DNA of 64,000 nt from Lingula anatina. Taxonomy: Eukaryota; Animalia; Brachiopoda. Location of the stretch: NCBI GenBank assembly GCA_051362555.1, contig CM120640.1, positions 31,453,967 to 31,517,966 on the forward strand. The letters run 5' to 3'. Every line of letters starts with the position of its first letter. Positions within the stretch are counted from its first letter, which is position 1. The notes under the pieces are model-generated. The model was not told where the DNA came from. It saw only the letters and a program-made list of their open reading frames with translations, and did no database searches. A program made the translations under genes and the position numbers. Of the stretch, positions 1-13,449 are shown piece by piece.

Positions 1-950
1 GACAATTTTTTCAATAAAATAAATACAAGTATGAGTGCCTACCAGCCACCATACTTGTTCAAAAGTCATATAAATAGAGGCTGCTGAGACAATGCATTCA
101 GTCCTCAGTATGTCATCCAACAGAGTGGGAAGGGTGGCAAGAATGTATGTTGAGACAGCAAATGCCTGTGAAGAAAGTTCACTAACATGCAGTTCCAACA
201 CAGAATCTGTCTCACACAAAGAGGAGCAGTTGAGAGATCATAGACAGGGTGCAGATAGGGAGTCTTAAATCCACTATTAGCGGAGGAAGAGTTGGTTGAG
301 TTTTTAAACAAAATGAGAAATTCCATAACCTATGTTTGAAAATAAATCAAAGCTGGAGAAATAGATGGGTTCAATCAACAGAAATCGTACCGACCCACTG
401 CAGCGTTTTTTACCAATAGTAACACAAAGAAAACAACAAACAAGCCGAAAAGAAAAATAAAATGCTGCTCTATCACATGCCTAGTTGTGTTGGAACAGGA
501 AAAATGCCATGAAATAGCAAAAAGAGGCCATCTGTGATTTAGCTGTCTTACGCCCAACCATACAAGCCAAAAATGCCTTTCTAAATTTCGCTGCAGAAGT
601 TGTAATGGAAAGCACCACACCGCTCTTCATGCTAAACAAGAGTGATTTTCAGAATTTTCAGAGAAGTTACATTGAAAGACGTGGTGACAATATGTGGCCA
701 AATTGCCTTGGAAAACTGAACACAGTCCTCTACCTACAAATTATGGCATCAAATACTGTATGAAAGTTACGCGTGTATGACACTATCATCAAGAATTAAG
801 AGAAACATAACTTTATTGAGAAAGTATGCGATGATGACACTTCAAATGGACATTACCTGCTTCACAGCCCTGTAAAAAAGGATTCCATTACAACACCAAT
901 TTCTAATACTTTACGACTGCAGCGCAAAGGCCACACCTGACGACCTCAGC
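1..950 (+). pseudogene. BEL/Pao LTR-retrotransposon fragments (Gag Cys/His knuckles joined to the start of RT)
   Basis: ~535-635 reads FSCLTPNHTSQKCLSKFRCRSCNGKHHTALH. ~700-930 reads LPWKTEHSPLPTNY...FIEKV...HYLLHSPVKKDSITTP. Both are typical BEL/Pao motifs. Stops, frameshifts and an internal deletion are present. Confidence 0.75.
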
Positions 951-959
951 TACTTAATG

Positions 960-2360
960 ATCTTGTTGGAAGAAAAACTCAAGAAATCAAAGAAAAATCA
1001 AGAAATTCAAAATGTTCCCTAAATAGGATAACAGATCTGACCAGGAGGAAGTGAGAAACTTGGAGGAACAGTTGGAAGAAGCCTGCAGAGCTCTTGAATC
1101 TGAAAAAGAAAATTCTGCGCACAGAATTCAAGTTGCTGTAGAAGAAGCAGAGGCAGAAAAAGAAAGATTACTCAGAAAAGCAAAAGAGAATGCTGACATC
1201 CTAGAGGCAAGTGCTGAGGCTGCAGAGCAGAGAGTCAGAGCCCTGAAGCGACAGAAAGAGACAGCTACACCAATAGAACACAGAGCCCAGAATGCAGTCA
1301 TAACAGAAACAATAACCCCTACCCTTAATCACCCAGCACCAAATGAAATAACACTCCCATTTCACAGAATTAACAGTCCTAGTCGTACTAGTATGCAAAC
1401 TAATTATGGAATTCCATTGCCCAGACAGACTCTTTCCTGGAAAAGAATCCTGGGAGGGTTTCATTGAGCCATTCAAAGTTCTAAGCCAGACTTGTGAATG
1501 GAGTGAGTCAGAAAAACTGTTTAGATTATGTAACAGTCTGCATGGTGAGGCTGCTGATTTCGCCTTTGTCCAGTTGCCAGCAGAGGTAGTAAATTCCTAT
1601 CCTCTGTTACAGAGGGCATTGCAAAACCGATTTCAAGAAAAGCGTACAACAAGCTCCTATTTATCAGAGCTAGAGAACAGAAAGCTCAGCCCAAGAAAGA
1701 AACTGCCAGAATATATCTCCGATATTAGAAAACTTGTACTAAAGGGCTACGTACCCGACGGCTGACTGCACCACCCATGAGACAATTGCATTGCGCCACT
1801 GCATAAAAGGTTTGCCAGACCATCAAGCCGCCGTAGCAGTGGGCATGAAAACACCCAAAAATCTGGATGAAGCAAGGGAGGCCCTTGAGATGTACGACAG
1901 TCTAAGAGAAGAGACAGAGAAAAGACCGAGTATTAGGGCAGCGAATCCAGAGGCTGTTGTGACTGAAGTCAGCAACACCAGCTTGAAAAGAAGTTTGACA
2001 TGAAGCTAGATGAAATTAAAGAGTTGATAAAGAAAGCGAAAGCGAAAGACACGAAAAGCCCTCCACCACCCAAGTCAGAAAATTGGAAAAACAACGTAGT
2101 GTTTTAAGTGCCATAGATATGGGCATCTGGCAAGAGAATGCAAGGCACCTGTGAAAGAGGCTCCACACATAAACAACCAGGGAAACTGAGAAGGGGCATT
2201 CCAGCGGCCAGAATGAACCCCTAAAAACACCTGTTGACAGTGACACTGAAACCTTCAGTTGTAGAAATGCTAGTGCTTCTTGGCCAGTGAAGATTCAGGG
2301 CCAAGAAGTGAACTTTATTGTAGATACTGGTGCGTCAAAAACAATTATATTTATAGGGAT
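960..2360 (+). pseudogene. Gypsy-type gag-protease fragment
   Basis: Frameshifted ORFs 1051-1467, 1406-1765 and 1791-2003 give a coiled coil then capsid-like WSESEKLFRLCNSLHGEAADF. A CCHC knuckle CFKCHRYGHLAREC lies at ~2100-2141, and the aspartic protease motif FIVDTGAS at ~2314-2337. Truncated after the protease motif. Confidence 0.75.
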
Positions 2361-2651
2361 TGTCCCATTATCAGTATTTAAGTTAGTATGTAACAGGGAA
2401 TCCCTACCAGTATGTATATTTTGTCAGAAAATATGCACTGTAGCTATGATAACTTCTATATTTTTTTTTTGTTATGCTTATATCAAAATAAACCCTGTCA
2501 TTTGGTTTGGTTTTATGCAAAAAGACATAATTGATACAAAATAAAGAGGGGATTTGGATTAAAAAGAAAGCATTTGAAAGGATATTATCTTATATATTTA
2601 TAAATTGGTTTGCAGAAAAACTTATACACAAAATACATATTCATTTTTCAG

Positions 2652-3447
2652 AGAAGATGAAGTGAACCCTGAAAAAATACTCAGAGTATTCAGTAGTGAA
2701 TATCTGGAGGGTCGTACCATGGATATTGTAGAAATAGATACAGAGGAAACCCCAAGTTATGACCGCACAGAAATATTTGTTAGCAGATATTCTGTGTGTG
2801 AGGATGGCCTTGAACAATTGCTGACAGTAGAAAATCTACGCTATCCCCTGTACGTGGCTTTTCATGGCGAGGAGGCCATTGATTATGGCGGCCCAAGAAG
2901 AGAATTCTTGCAAATTATGGTAACAGTAACAAAGAACAGGCTTATGAAGGAAGAAAATGGTGTCGTCACCCTTGTAGAAGATGATTTTTTATGCGCCTCC
3001 CAACAATATTTTTTGGGTGGACTAATTTGTGGTATGTACAATATGCATTAGGTATACTATTTTGAAATAAGAATAAATCTAGGTATTGGGTTAAAAAAAT
3101 TAATGATGAGCTGTATGGGTTGGGTAACAAGCATATGAAAATAGCATGTCCATCAGCATAAAATCAATTTAGTTGATGAAAAAAACATACATTAGCAATG
3201 GTAATTCACAATTTTAAATACTGCATTGTATGGATTGAAATATATTTGTATCTATTAGTTATATCCGAGGCAGATCTAGGATTATTTGAAGGGTGGGGGT
3301 CCATGGATGTGAAGACATATTGTTTGGTATTTAAGAGGGAGAACTGTGTTTTTGGTATATATCATGTAGTCAAAATTCTTATTCCATGAGGTGAATATTT
3401 AGTTAATTTTTTTCAGGACCCCCATGCCCCCCTCTAAATCTGCCACT

Positions 3448-3478
<31 letters not shown>

Positions 3479-4470
3479 GATATATAGATATATTAAATAT
3501 ATTAAACATTTTACAGGACTTAGCCTGCTGCAAGGTGGAACGTGCCCAACCTTTGTGGAATGTATATTGGAAAAAGAAACAAAACACCACAAACAGTTTT
3601 TGTCAGGACTAAGGAGGGTGGGGATTATACAGGTAAATGTATATATTTCAAGTGAAAAGGGACTTTTAAAATGGCATACTTTCTGTTGTCAAAAATGACT
3701 TAGTCTTACAATATATAAACATTGCTTCAAAATGCTGAAATGACAGAATATATGGTAATGCAATTGTCCAGCAGTTTGTGCAGCTTTTGACACGGTTTCT
3801 GAAAGTGTAGACTGACCGTTTATGACATGTGTGTTTGATTTAATAATGATGAACATTTTTATTTATTATACCCCTTTTAATTCTGTTAATTAACTTCTTG
3901 ATTTTAATTGATATAGGTAGGGAAACTGGGTTTTTAAGTTATAACTTAATGGATAAGATCAGTATCATTATTATGATTATAATGATTTTCAATTTTTGAT
4001 TATCAATTTATCAACAAACCTAATTATAAATTTTACATGCAGTTACACGTCTATGGTACTGCTTTATTGTTCATTAAATCCTATTGCATATTCATTTTTT
4101 AAAAATATTTCTAGCAATGTTATTAATGATAACAACTTTTCAACTTTAATTGTAGTTGATGGAAAAACTCCCCACACTGAGAATGGTTTTTAAGGATTCA
4201 AATACAAGCCTCAATTTTCCAAAAATACAGAGGCTTCTGAAAGCAGAATTCTCTGCGCCTCAGTCATCCAGGTGCAGGGAAGAAGAGCATACTTATGGAC
4301 AGTTCTTGAGGTATCTGAGAGAAGTGGCAGGTAATAATAAAGTATATCATACAATTAAAATGTGATAAATAGTAAATGAGGAGCAAATGGTTTCCCAATA
4401 AAATAACCTGTGCACAGTAGATAAGTACAATCTATAACCTCACGATGAGACTGGTCAGACATTTAATGGT

Positions 4471-4521
<51 letters not shown>

Positions 4522-4944
4522 ATTACAAGCTTTGTTACTGTCACATACAGCACTCTAATTGATGTAGTTTTTTTAAAATAAGATAATCTACAACATAGAT
4601 ATTGAGTATAATGTAAATGCCTCAGAAGTAAATTTCAATTAATGCTGAAGATTATATTTAATAGTGTACTTTTTGCTTTCTCAGCAGGTAGAAGAAAGAG
4701 TGTAACTTTAGGACATGTTCTGGCATTCTGCACTGGTGTAAAGGAAATCCCCTCACTGGGATTTCCAAGTGATATAAGTCTGACATTTTCACTTGCAACA
4801 GATTCCATGTTACCAACGGCAAGCACATGTATCATGCAAATGAATTTGAAGATACCAGCTCTGGGAGCGGAGAGGCCCCCCCAGGAATTCATTTACAATT
4901 TGTGGGACTTGGCTTTTCCTAACACTTTTTTTGGGCTATGTTAA
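2652..4944 (+). CDS. 3' part of a G2E3-like HECT E3 ubiquitin ligase gene; exons ~2652-3031, 3517-3632, 4156-4330, 4685/4688-4944; 5' exons missing
   Basis: Motifs FHGEEAIDYGGPRREF, GLICGLSLLQGG, LAFCTG and the catalytic-Cys motif LPTASTC near the C-terminus. GT-AG introns join these four exons in frame without stops. Confidence 0.75.
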
Positions 4945-6429
4945 AGAGACATATCAAATCATCTTTTTGCCACAAAGTATTATGCCCAAACTCAATGAAC
5001 TTGTAATCAGGAGGTTGGAGTTCAATTGAATGAGTCCACGTGAAAATAGTGCAACAGTAAGCAAAGCTTAGTCTGAGATGCCTTTGAGAAAGTATTTTTA
5101 TGAAAGAAATCAGAAATACTGAGAGCCTGCCTAAAGATTTTACATATTGAAAGAGTTTGAGTGTTATTTAAGATGTATGTTAGTACTAGATTTGATGAGT
5201 TGAAAAATTTTGTATGCTAGCTGTTTATCCAATTGAAAAGTATAGTGCACTTATACATTAAGCACTATTTTGTTTGGATGTACAAGTGCTCAGTTTTTTA
5301 TGTAAAATAAATATTTTATAAACTGTTTACCATAGTCAAAAGTTTAGTAGATTAGTACATGGTGCAATATTTTTGCATAAATACTAGTGCTCAGATTTTC
5401 CAGTTATACTTTGTGCAAAAATATAAATAAACGTGATATAAAGAATGACCCAATTCTCAGCTATATCATAAATGTCCTATACACTTCACTCTTCTTTTGA
5501 CCCTTCTTTATACACAATACCGTCACCCATGTTCAGCAAAAACAGCATATTTGTATAATTTTATCACAGCTGGCTAAATTCTGTCTCGTCTTCACTCCTA
5601 AGGGGGCTTACATGAGATAGAATATGCCTGTGCATGCTAAGTGAATTGCTGCGTTTGTGCTCAGTTAGACGCGTTTTTTCCGTGCTCTGGTTTTTGGGGA
5701 TTTGATCACGTGCAAATTTCAGAAATTTTCAGCAAACGATACCGTAGGATTATATATTCATATATATTCTGTTTGTTTATACTAGACTCTCATCTAAGGA
5801 CGGATATTCGGATCGAAATGGAAGGTTCAAACTTTACAGAAAACGGCCGTGAACGCGAAGCAAGTCGCTATTTGAGGCCTTCGCGGCAAAACTTTCTCAT
5901 TCGACGACCGTTCAGCATCGAGATGGCTCAGATGCTCACCCCACCGGGGTTGTCCCAAGAAGGGAGGACGACGAAGATGCGGAACCCGCCGTGTTAAAGA
6001 AATGAGGACCGAGATGGCAACAAATCTCGCCCAGATACAGAGTTTGTTCTCATCAGCATTAAAAGAACGGGATGAGCACTGGGAGAGTCGACTGGAAAAT
6101 TTGGGCATTGGCGATGATTCACTTCAGTCTGGACATTCTAAGCATTCTTCCCACAACATTGTCGTTCCAGTAATTGAGCAAGAGCAGGATCAGATGTCCA
6201 CCGGCTCGAAATCTCCAGATGACTTCTACGAAGTTATTAGAGAGTTTCGGCAGGACGTTGAACGTGTACGTATACGTGTGACGTAACAGGTCGTTGCCTT
6301 CTACGTCACGACTTTTGACATACAGCCTCGCCTAGGTTCTCGTCTTGCGTACGTTCTGAACGTGAAGAAGGCTGTTTACACGTAAGTGAAGAACGTGAGT
6401 TTTTAACTGCTCTTTAAGTGTACAAAAGG

Positions 6430-8197
6430 CAGGGTTCTGCCGAGGCCGCGATTCTGCGAGATTCTCACCAAAAAAATAAAATTCTCGCACAAAAATTACC
6501 AAAGATGCGAAAATTCTCGCATACAAACCGAGTGAGGGTGCTATCATTGTTCTTGAGATGATAAAAGACACAATGAGAGTGGCGTCTAAAATTGTATATC
6601 TAAATAATCATCACCGGTATAAATTTCTTCGCATAGTCCGCTGCATTGACTTGTTAACACAGTGTCCTTAACGTCGTCATGTTGCGACGATGTTTTACTG
6701 CATGTGTACCCTCGTAAGAGATCGTTTCAAGCAGCGTCGTCATTTGTTGTCGTAATATCAATAGTACCTCTTCATGACTACAGTCCAATCGGCAATCCTC
6801 GGGTGACTCCGCTGCACTCGGCCTAAAGTAGCACACGAATCTGTGAGCGGTTTTATTGGTTCTAGCACAGGCTTCAAACAACTGCGCATGTGCGCAAAGT
6901 ACGCTGTTTGAAATGAACAAATTGGTGAAATTGACAAAGCCTGCCGGTGTTTACCGTCTGGTTGATTTTCTTTCATTAGCTCACTGGTGTCTTTTTGAAA
7001 GTTTATATTAGAAATGTTCTATTGATTTTATGTTGTAAAAAGTAAATCCGTCTGAATTCCTTAGAAAAATATTTATTTTACCTTCATTTTAAGGGGATTC
7101 CCATTGTATTTATAGTGTTATATGTGGCCCCAATGGGGATTTTTACACCTCCCCCACTCTTGATTAATAAAATTCTTCATCTGGAGGATTGTAAATTATA
7201 TTGCAAAATACATTGAAAATCGTAGGAAGGTTAACTGCAGATAATGCTGCGAGGATATTCTTAACAGTGGGGGAACTCGGCCAATATAAAATTTTTAACT
7301 TCGTTTCACGATTTTGGAGCGCCTGTTCTAATTTTTGGAAGCGAGGCAATGGAACCAAATAATGCGATACAATTTGTAATCTCGTAAAAATTGCTATTTT
7401 TATATAAAGGTCATAGCATGGAGTACATCGAAATGCGACTTGTTTATTATTATGATCTTAAATAATAATTAATATAAAACAAACGATATAATACGTTCTT
7501 AACGTTAGCCTATTTATTAACTCAATTGATTTTTTTTTCATATTTGGAGAATAAAAACACAAAAGTTGTCTGGTTTCATAACGAGGCACTACGTTTCGTT
7601 CGTGTGCTATTGGTTCTCTCATTTCGCGCGACAGTCAACCAATGATAGACGGCGTGACAGTAATATTCAGACTGGTGAAGCGTGGTTAAAATGGCGGCTT
7701 CCTTGCCGAAAGTGAAAGTTGAGAAACAGAGATCTATTTTTAGTTTTATGCCAAAGTCAGGTAAATCCGTCTCTCCGCCTGACAAGTCTGAGAAAAGGAA
7801 GAAACAAATTTCTGAAAATGCGACTCCAGATGAAACTGACAGTTCGTCGACGATAAAGGTATGGTCATTCCGTGGCATTTTTATTTTACGTTTTGGAAGG
7901 ACACTTGACACTTCGTTTGAAAATGTGAAAGAAAGTAAAAAAAAGGTAATAGACCCGTTTTTGATACGATTATTCCTCTACATGTGAGTATGAAAGTTAA
8001 AAAAAAAAAACGTTAAAAAATGACGGGTCCCGTTTCTGATATGTTTATTCCTCCTACGTGAGTATGATAATATGAAAAAGAAGCTGAGGCCCGTTTTTGA
8101 TATGTTTATTCCTCCTATGTGAGTATGATAATATGAAAAAGAAGTTTAAAAAGTTAGGAGGCCCGTTTTTGATATGTTTATTCTTATCTCTCTATAA

Positions 8198-8252
<55 letters not shown>

Positions 8253-8844
8253 ATAAAAAGTTGAAAAAAGGAAATGTTTAACTCCAGTGAAGAAGTAAGG
8301 AGACCTGTTTCTGATATGTTTATTCCTCTGTATATATGTGTGAGAATACTAATTTGAAAAAAAAGGTAGGGCCTTCTAATCAAGGATATTTTCATAGAAT
8401 GCACTCAACCAAATGTGTTACCTATATTTTTTTTACTTTAGCCTTTATTTTAAAAAGTAGTCAATATTGTGAAAACGATAAATCAAAGATTAAAATGTCC
8501 TTCCCAAACACTAACACCCAAACACAATTTTTCCTGATAAAAGTGTTAATTAAGTCATGATTAATCATCAAAACCTAAAAATTATTTTGGACTGTGGTGT
8601 CTGGTTGCAGAAATTATAAGTTTGTAAGTAGGACAAAATTTAACTTTTTTTAAATTTTAGGTCTGCAGACCAAATACCATCGAAGGGCCTGAAAGAAAGA
8701 AAGAAAGAAACCAAAAGTAGTGCCACAGAAATTTCAACACGATTGGTTAAGAGATTATTCTTGACTCCGCTATGATAATGAGGCAGATGCTATGGACAGT
8801 ACAGAGAATTCTCCCCCCTTTTTTGAGACCTTGGCAGAACCCTG
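6430..8844 (+). mobile_element. hAT-like non-autonomous element with 5' transposase remnant
   Basis: TIRs cagggttctgcc(g/a)agg and a 6-bp TSD aaaagg (6424-6429, 8845-8850). Exons 7691-7858 and 8661-~8800 encode MAASLPKVKVEKQRSIFSF...FQHDWLRDYS*LRYDNE, resembling the start of a TTF-type zinc finger of ZNF862-like hAT transposases. Confidence 0.75.
7950..8340. repeat. ~60-70 bp minisatellite (cccgtttttgatatgtttattcctcc...gtgagtatga) with an embedded (GT)n
   Basis: About five degenerate copies visible. (GT)n lies at ~8202-8243. Confidence 0.8.
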
Positions 8845-9198
8845 AAAAGGCATTATTCTTTATATCATTTTGATTAACATTGCAAGATTAACTATTCACT
8901 AGATTTTTTATCTCAATAATCTTGAGTTACATGGCTAATTGAAGGAAAAACGGGCTTTTTACAGAGATGCTCTTTGCGTTGTCAGATTCTCTCCAGACAT
9001 TCCTTGGATTCTTGTATGCAATGACCATGACTTCGTGAACATGTATCACTTGCCTTCTACAATGAAAATGTATATGATTGAATCAAACAAATTTCTTCAT
9101 TTTGCTTACTGATAGAGAAGAAATAAAGTCATTTAAAACGCTAGGTTTCCCAATGAAATTGTTTTTCTGTTTATTACAGTGCTCTGTTCTCAAACAAG

Positions 9199-10212
9199 AT
9201 GGCTTTGGCAGACGATAAAAATAAAAAAAATCAGATTCACTCCTGCTCTAGACATCCTCCTGCTGCAGGAGGTTTTGGTGGTAAATCCATTTGAGGCAAG
9301 CCCAAGGTGGGCAGAAGTTTCCACCTCCTTTAATGCTGTATTGAAAGAGAGGCGTGGCGATGAAATGACTTTAACCACTGCCAGGACTGTTCGAGAGAGA
9401 ACAGCACATTTGATTCAGAAATTTAAAAAAGATGAAATGGAGAGTGCAAGAAAGTAAGTACTCATCACATTCAACACATTCAAAATTTTCTTAGTACTTA
9501 ATTTACCATATGTCTTTATATAAATTACCTCTGTTCTGTTACATTTTTTATTCACATTTTATTTTGGAAGAAGTATATTATTATTAAAAATATAAATAAT
9601 TGCAGATCTGGAACAAATGAAGAGTACGGTCAGAGAGAGCAGCTACTCACTGACCTGGTAGCACTCCTCAATGAAACTCAGCAAAAAAATAAGGCCAACA
9701 AGGTTGACGCTGAGAAGGCTGAAAAAGAGGAGGGGATGGCTGTAAGGCAGGCAGCCCTTAATAGAAAAGAGGTTAAAGGTATTATGTAATTTGTATAATA
9801 GCCACTTTTGTATTTGATAAAGCCAATTACAATATGTATGACACTAAGAAACTGGATTGACATATCTCTATATGTAAAATCCTAGTACTTTATTGGATAA
9901 GATTAATAAAAGCAGTAATATTAGCTTTTATCATTTGTTTAAATACATGTTCTCCCTTTAACAGAAGGACAGTCAGGTGTGGGCAGAAAGAGGAGCTCAG
10001 AAAGAGAAGATTATCTGGCCATAGTCAGGGAAAGGGAACAGAATGCAAAGAGATTGCGGGAAGAGGAGCTGGCCCTCAAGAGGGAAGAACTCGCATTGTC
10101 AAAAGCCAGATTTGAACTGGAAAAGAAGGAGAGGGAGAGAAGAATGGAAGCAGAGGCGGCAAGAGAGAAAATGATGCTGGACTTGATGAAGGCAGTAATG
10201 GAAAATAAATAA
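9199..10212 (+). pseudogene. Myb/SANT-like accessory gene of the Harbinger-group element; exons ~9199-9453, 9606-9778, 9965-10212
   Basis: RFTPALDILLLQEVLVVNPF...W..V...TVRERTAHLI, then KSGTNEEYGQREQLL, RQAAL and a coiled-coil tail. GT-AG introns are in phase. An apparent frameshift lies in the A-run just after the ATG. Confidence 0.75.
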
Positions 10213-11089
10213 ATCTTTTTTCCTATTAGCACTGCTATATAGGCAATTTAATGTGACCATGATTTTTTTTTTACTTTTTAGTACCCACTTTTAAACAAAG
10301 ACTACATGAAATAGGCCAAGTTACCTTTTTGCGCACATTTATTTTTCATTCTGTTTGTTAATATTTAGTGCTGATTTTGCTGTTAAGTATACTTGTCCAG
10401 TGTTATTGCATCAAAATTGCCAAAATAATTTTTTTGTCCATTCTTATATTCTGCTTATTTGTGCCAAAGTTTATTTTTATTTTCTTCAAAATGATGAAAA
10501 ATAATTGAATACTCTTTCTTTGTTTTGTGCCAAAAGCTTAAAAAAAATGCTCAAATCTATTTCATATATATTTTTTAGTTTTATATATATCAGATTCAAA
10601 GTTTCATTCCTCAATGATGTTAAAAAGAATCATCTCTATATTGTAAATATCAACCATATGCAATTAATAGCATTCTTTACTGTTATATTATTATTTTTGT
10701 TGTTACTTATTGTTGAAAGCAGCCATGTCAAATGAATACTCTTATTTTTGTTTTGGTCAAAAGCTAAAATAATGCTCATAAATAAATAGGCCTATCAACC
10801 ATGCAATTAATGGCATTCGGTACCGTTACTTATTGTTGAATGCTGCTACAAAAAATAAATGCTCTTATTTCAGTTTTGTACAAAAGTTCCAAATATTGCT
10901 CATATTTTGAAATCTTTTTCTAATTTTTTATGTTTAAAACGTTTCATTGCTCAATAGTTACAGAAAATTACCACTATATTGTAAATAAAAAATTTCAACC
11001 TTGTACAATTCTTTATTTGCTCAATTCTTTTCCTCTACACTACAGCACATTATCTTAATTCTTTTAGATATGTGATGCATTTATTATGT

Positions 11090-13449
11090 TTAATTTCTTT
11101 GATATAAATATTCCTCCAATGTTGGAGGGTGTACATTAAAAAATTCTGTAATAACTCCACCATAGCAACAAGTATGGCAGTTGGTGAGAATTGCACCAAC
11201 TGCGTACAATTTGCCAACAGGCTGAAGGTAAAGTTTTTAATTTTTTTTGAAGTCAAGAAAAGCAAAAGTTTGTACAATTTTTCCAAAGGCCCACTCTACA
11301 CTTTCTCGGACCCGAGACATTTCAGAATTAAATGCGTGCTGCTCTGGTGTAATGTTTGCACCTCGAAATGGACACTGAAGTTGGGGGCGGATGGGGTATG
11401 CAGGGTCACCATAAATACAAAATCGCCCATCAACATCTTGTGGTAGCTGCAGGGATGCTAGTCTTCCGGTTTTTACCGGAATTCCGGTTTTTTTTTGCGT
11501 CCAGTTATTAAATTTTCTGGTACTATATTTTGTTCCGGAATTCTCGTTTTTAACGTGGTCGCGGACTGGACGAACGATGCGTCAGAGGAACGTCGCATTT
11601 CAACCATTGCGACAGAGCTGCGTTTCAACACAATATCTAGTCACAACCGTAGCACGTGATTTATTTATGGCGCTTGATTGGTTGGAAATGTAGGCTTTAA
11701 TGTCGGCACCCATGTGGAAAGTTTTGACACCGCGTGCGCGGAATTTTGAACTAAACCAAACTAAATGGATTTCGTGGAGAGGGGAACAGACGATATTAGA
11801 AACATCGACATTACTGTCAAAAATAGATTTAGTTGGAGTTTTAGAAACTTTGATTAATGAGACTGCAGTTGGAGCCCCATTGTTGCTTGGGCATTACCAC
11901 GAAAGCCATTACCAATCTTTGAAAATGATAAATGAAAGGGATTAACATTTAGTGACTATCATTATCATGCTGGTGATTATCAAGCTTACGTGAGGGATCA
12001 TTACTGTCTACTATGGGTGGTAGGTGTTTATGTACTGATGGCACTTCCATCTTGTCAATGTCAAGATTATCCTTGGAAACAACTGTTGAAAATTACCATG
12101 AAGTTGTGATGACATATATTGCAATATATTTATTAAATAAAATTTGAAATATAGTAATTGTTTCATAATCAATTTGTACCCCCCCCCCCCCCCCCCCCCG
12201 GTCTTTGCCAAAAAAAAGTTCAGGTTTTCTTTCCGGACCCCACTAGCATCCCTGTAGCTGTTGCAGCTGTTGAAGAAGACCACTCTCTTTCAAAAGGGCA
12301 CAGTCGTGGCGCTTGCCTTCCATTGGGCCATACAAACTGCATATAATCCCATTTGGGATCACAACGCTCTGGAATTTAATTGCGTGTGTCCTTTTGTGTC
12401 CATTGTAGCATGTCCGTTGTAGAAATGTAGGTCTACTAATAGGTCTAACGGTGCCATCCACAAAACCAATACACTATTTTAATGGTGCACCCTGTGAAAC
12501 AATCGCCTCAGAATACTGCATGAGATGATCCATGTCCATCCATGGTTGATCTAGATTATGAATCAAGTGACTATAATCGTCATATATGTGGTCCACTGTT
12601 TCATTCACGATTACAGATAACTGACTTGTACATCTTCCAAACACATTTCAAGGTCCACTAATCTGTTTGGATATGACAGCCTCTTTAGTAATACACATAA
12701 AGCCTCTCTTCCTGAAGTTACTGTTCTGTCAGCAAATATCATTCTGTCTGGAAGTTGAAGAAGTCAAACCAACCGATCGATATCTTCCCTCTGAAAACTA
12801 TAATATTTTCCGAGAAGTTTAATATACCAGTACATGTCCATTATGCAATTAAATAAATGTCACTCTTAGTGTCACATTATTAAGTCACTTTATTTTATAG
12901 AAGAGTGTACCTGTCATGATAAAGCATGAGAGGGTAAGAATTGAAATTTACAAATGTAAGTTAATGCACAAAATAAGTCTTAAAAGTATAAGCATGTTAG
13001 TAAGTAGTTTGGTGGTAATACTACTAGTAGTACTAGTACAGTATGACTACTGCATGCACCAGTAGTATGATACTGCAATTGCATATTATTGTTTCTATTA
13101 TTATTTTATTTCATTATAACCTTCTTCTTTTTTATCATTGTATTTTAAGTTTTAACATGTATCCTCTGTATTTATCCAACCTTTGGTTTGAAATGTGATG
13201 TAATAAAAATATATAAATTAATCAATTAATTAGACTAAAAGCTGGTGTCTGAAAAAAAAAAAGACAGTGGGGAAAATAGGCTTACCGGAATTGTTTCCAC
13301 ACTTGCTCATCAGTCATCGAAGTGAGATCGATTCTAGGAATATTCTGATTAAATTTGGTTTTGCGTGTGGCATCATCCAACATAAGCATATCTATCAAGT
13401 CTGTGTCATTTTCTTGTATCGCTAGATGTAACAACTCGCGGTCGGACAT
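11090..13449 (-). pseudogene. HARBI1/Harbinger-type DDE transposase, disrupted
   Basis: Exons 13449-13286 and 12797-11090. Motifs RLSYPNR, GFVDGTVRPISRP, YNGHKRTH, YGDPAYP, RESVEWAFG and PPTLEEYL. Contains in-frame stops, a frameshift and an 805-bp insert at 11450-12254. Confidence 0.9.
11450..12254. mobile_element. hAT-like MITE inserted in the transposase
   Basis: TIRs cagggatgctagt and a 6-bp TSD tagctg (11444-11449, 12255-12260). Excision restores the reading QQLQQ|LPQDVDGRFCIYGD. Confidence 0.85.
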
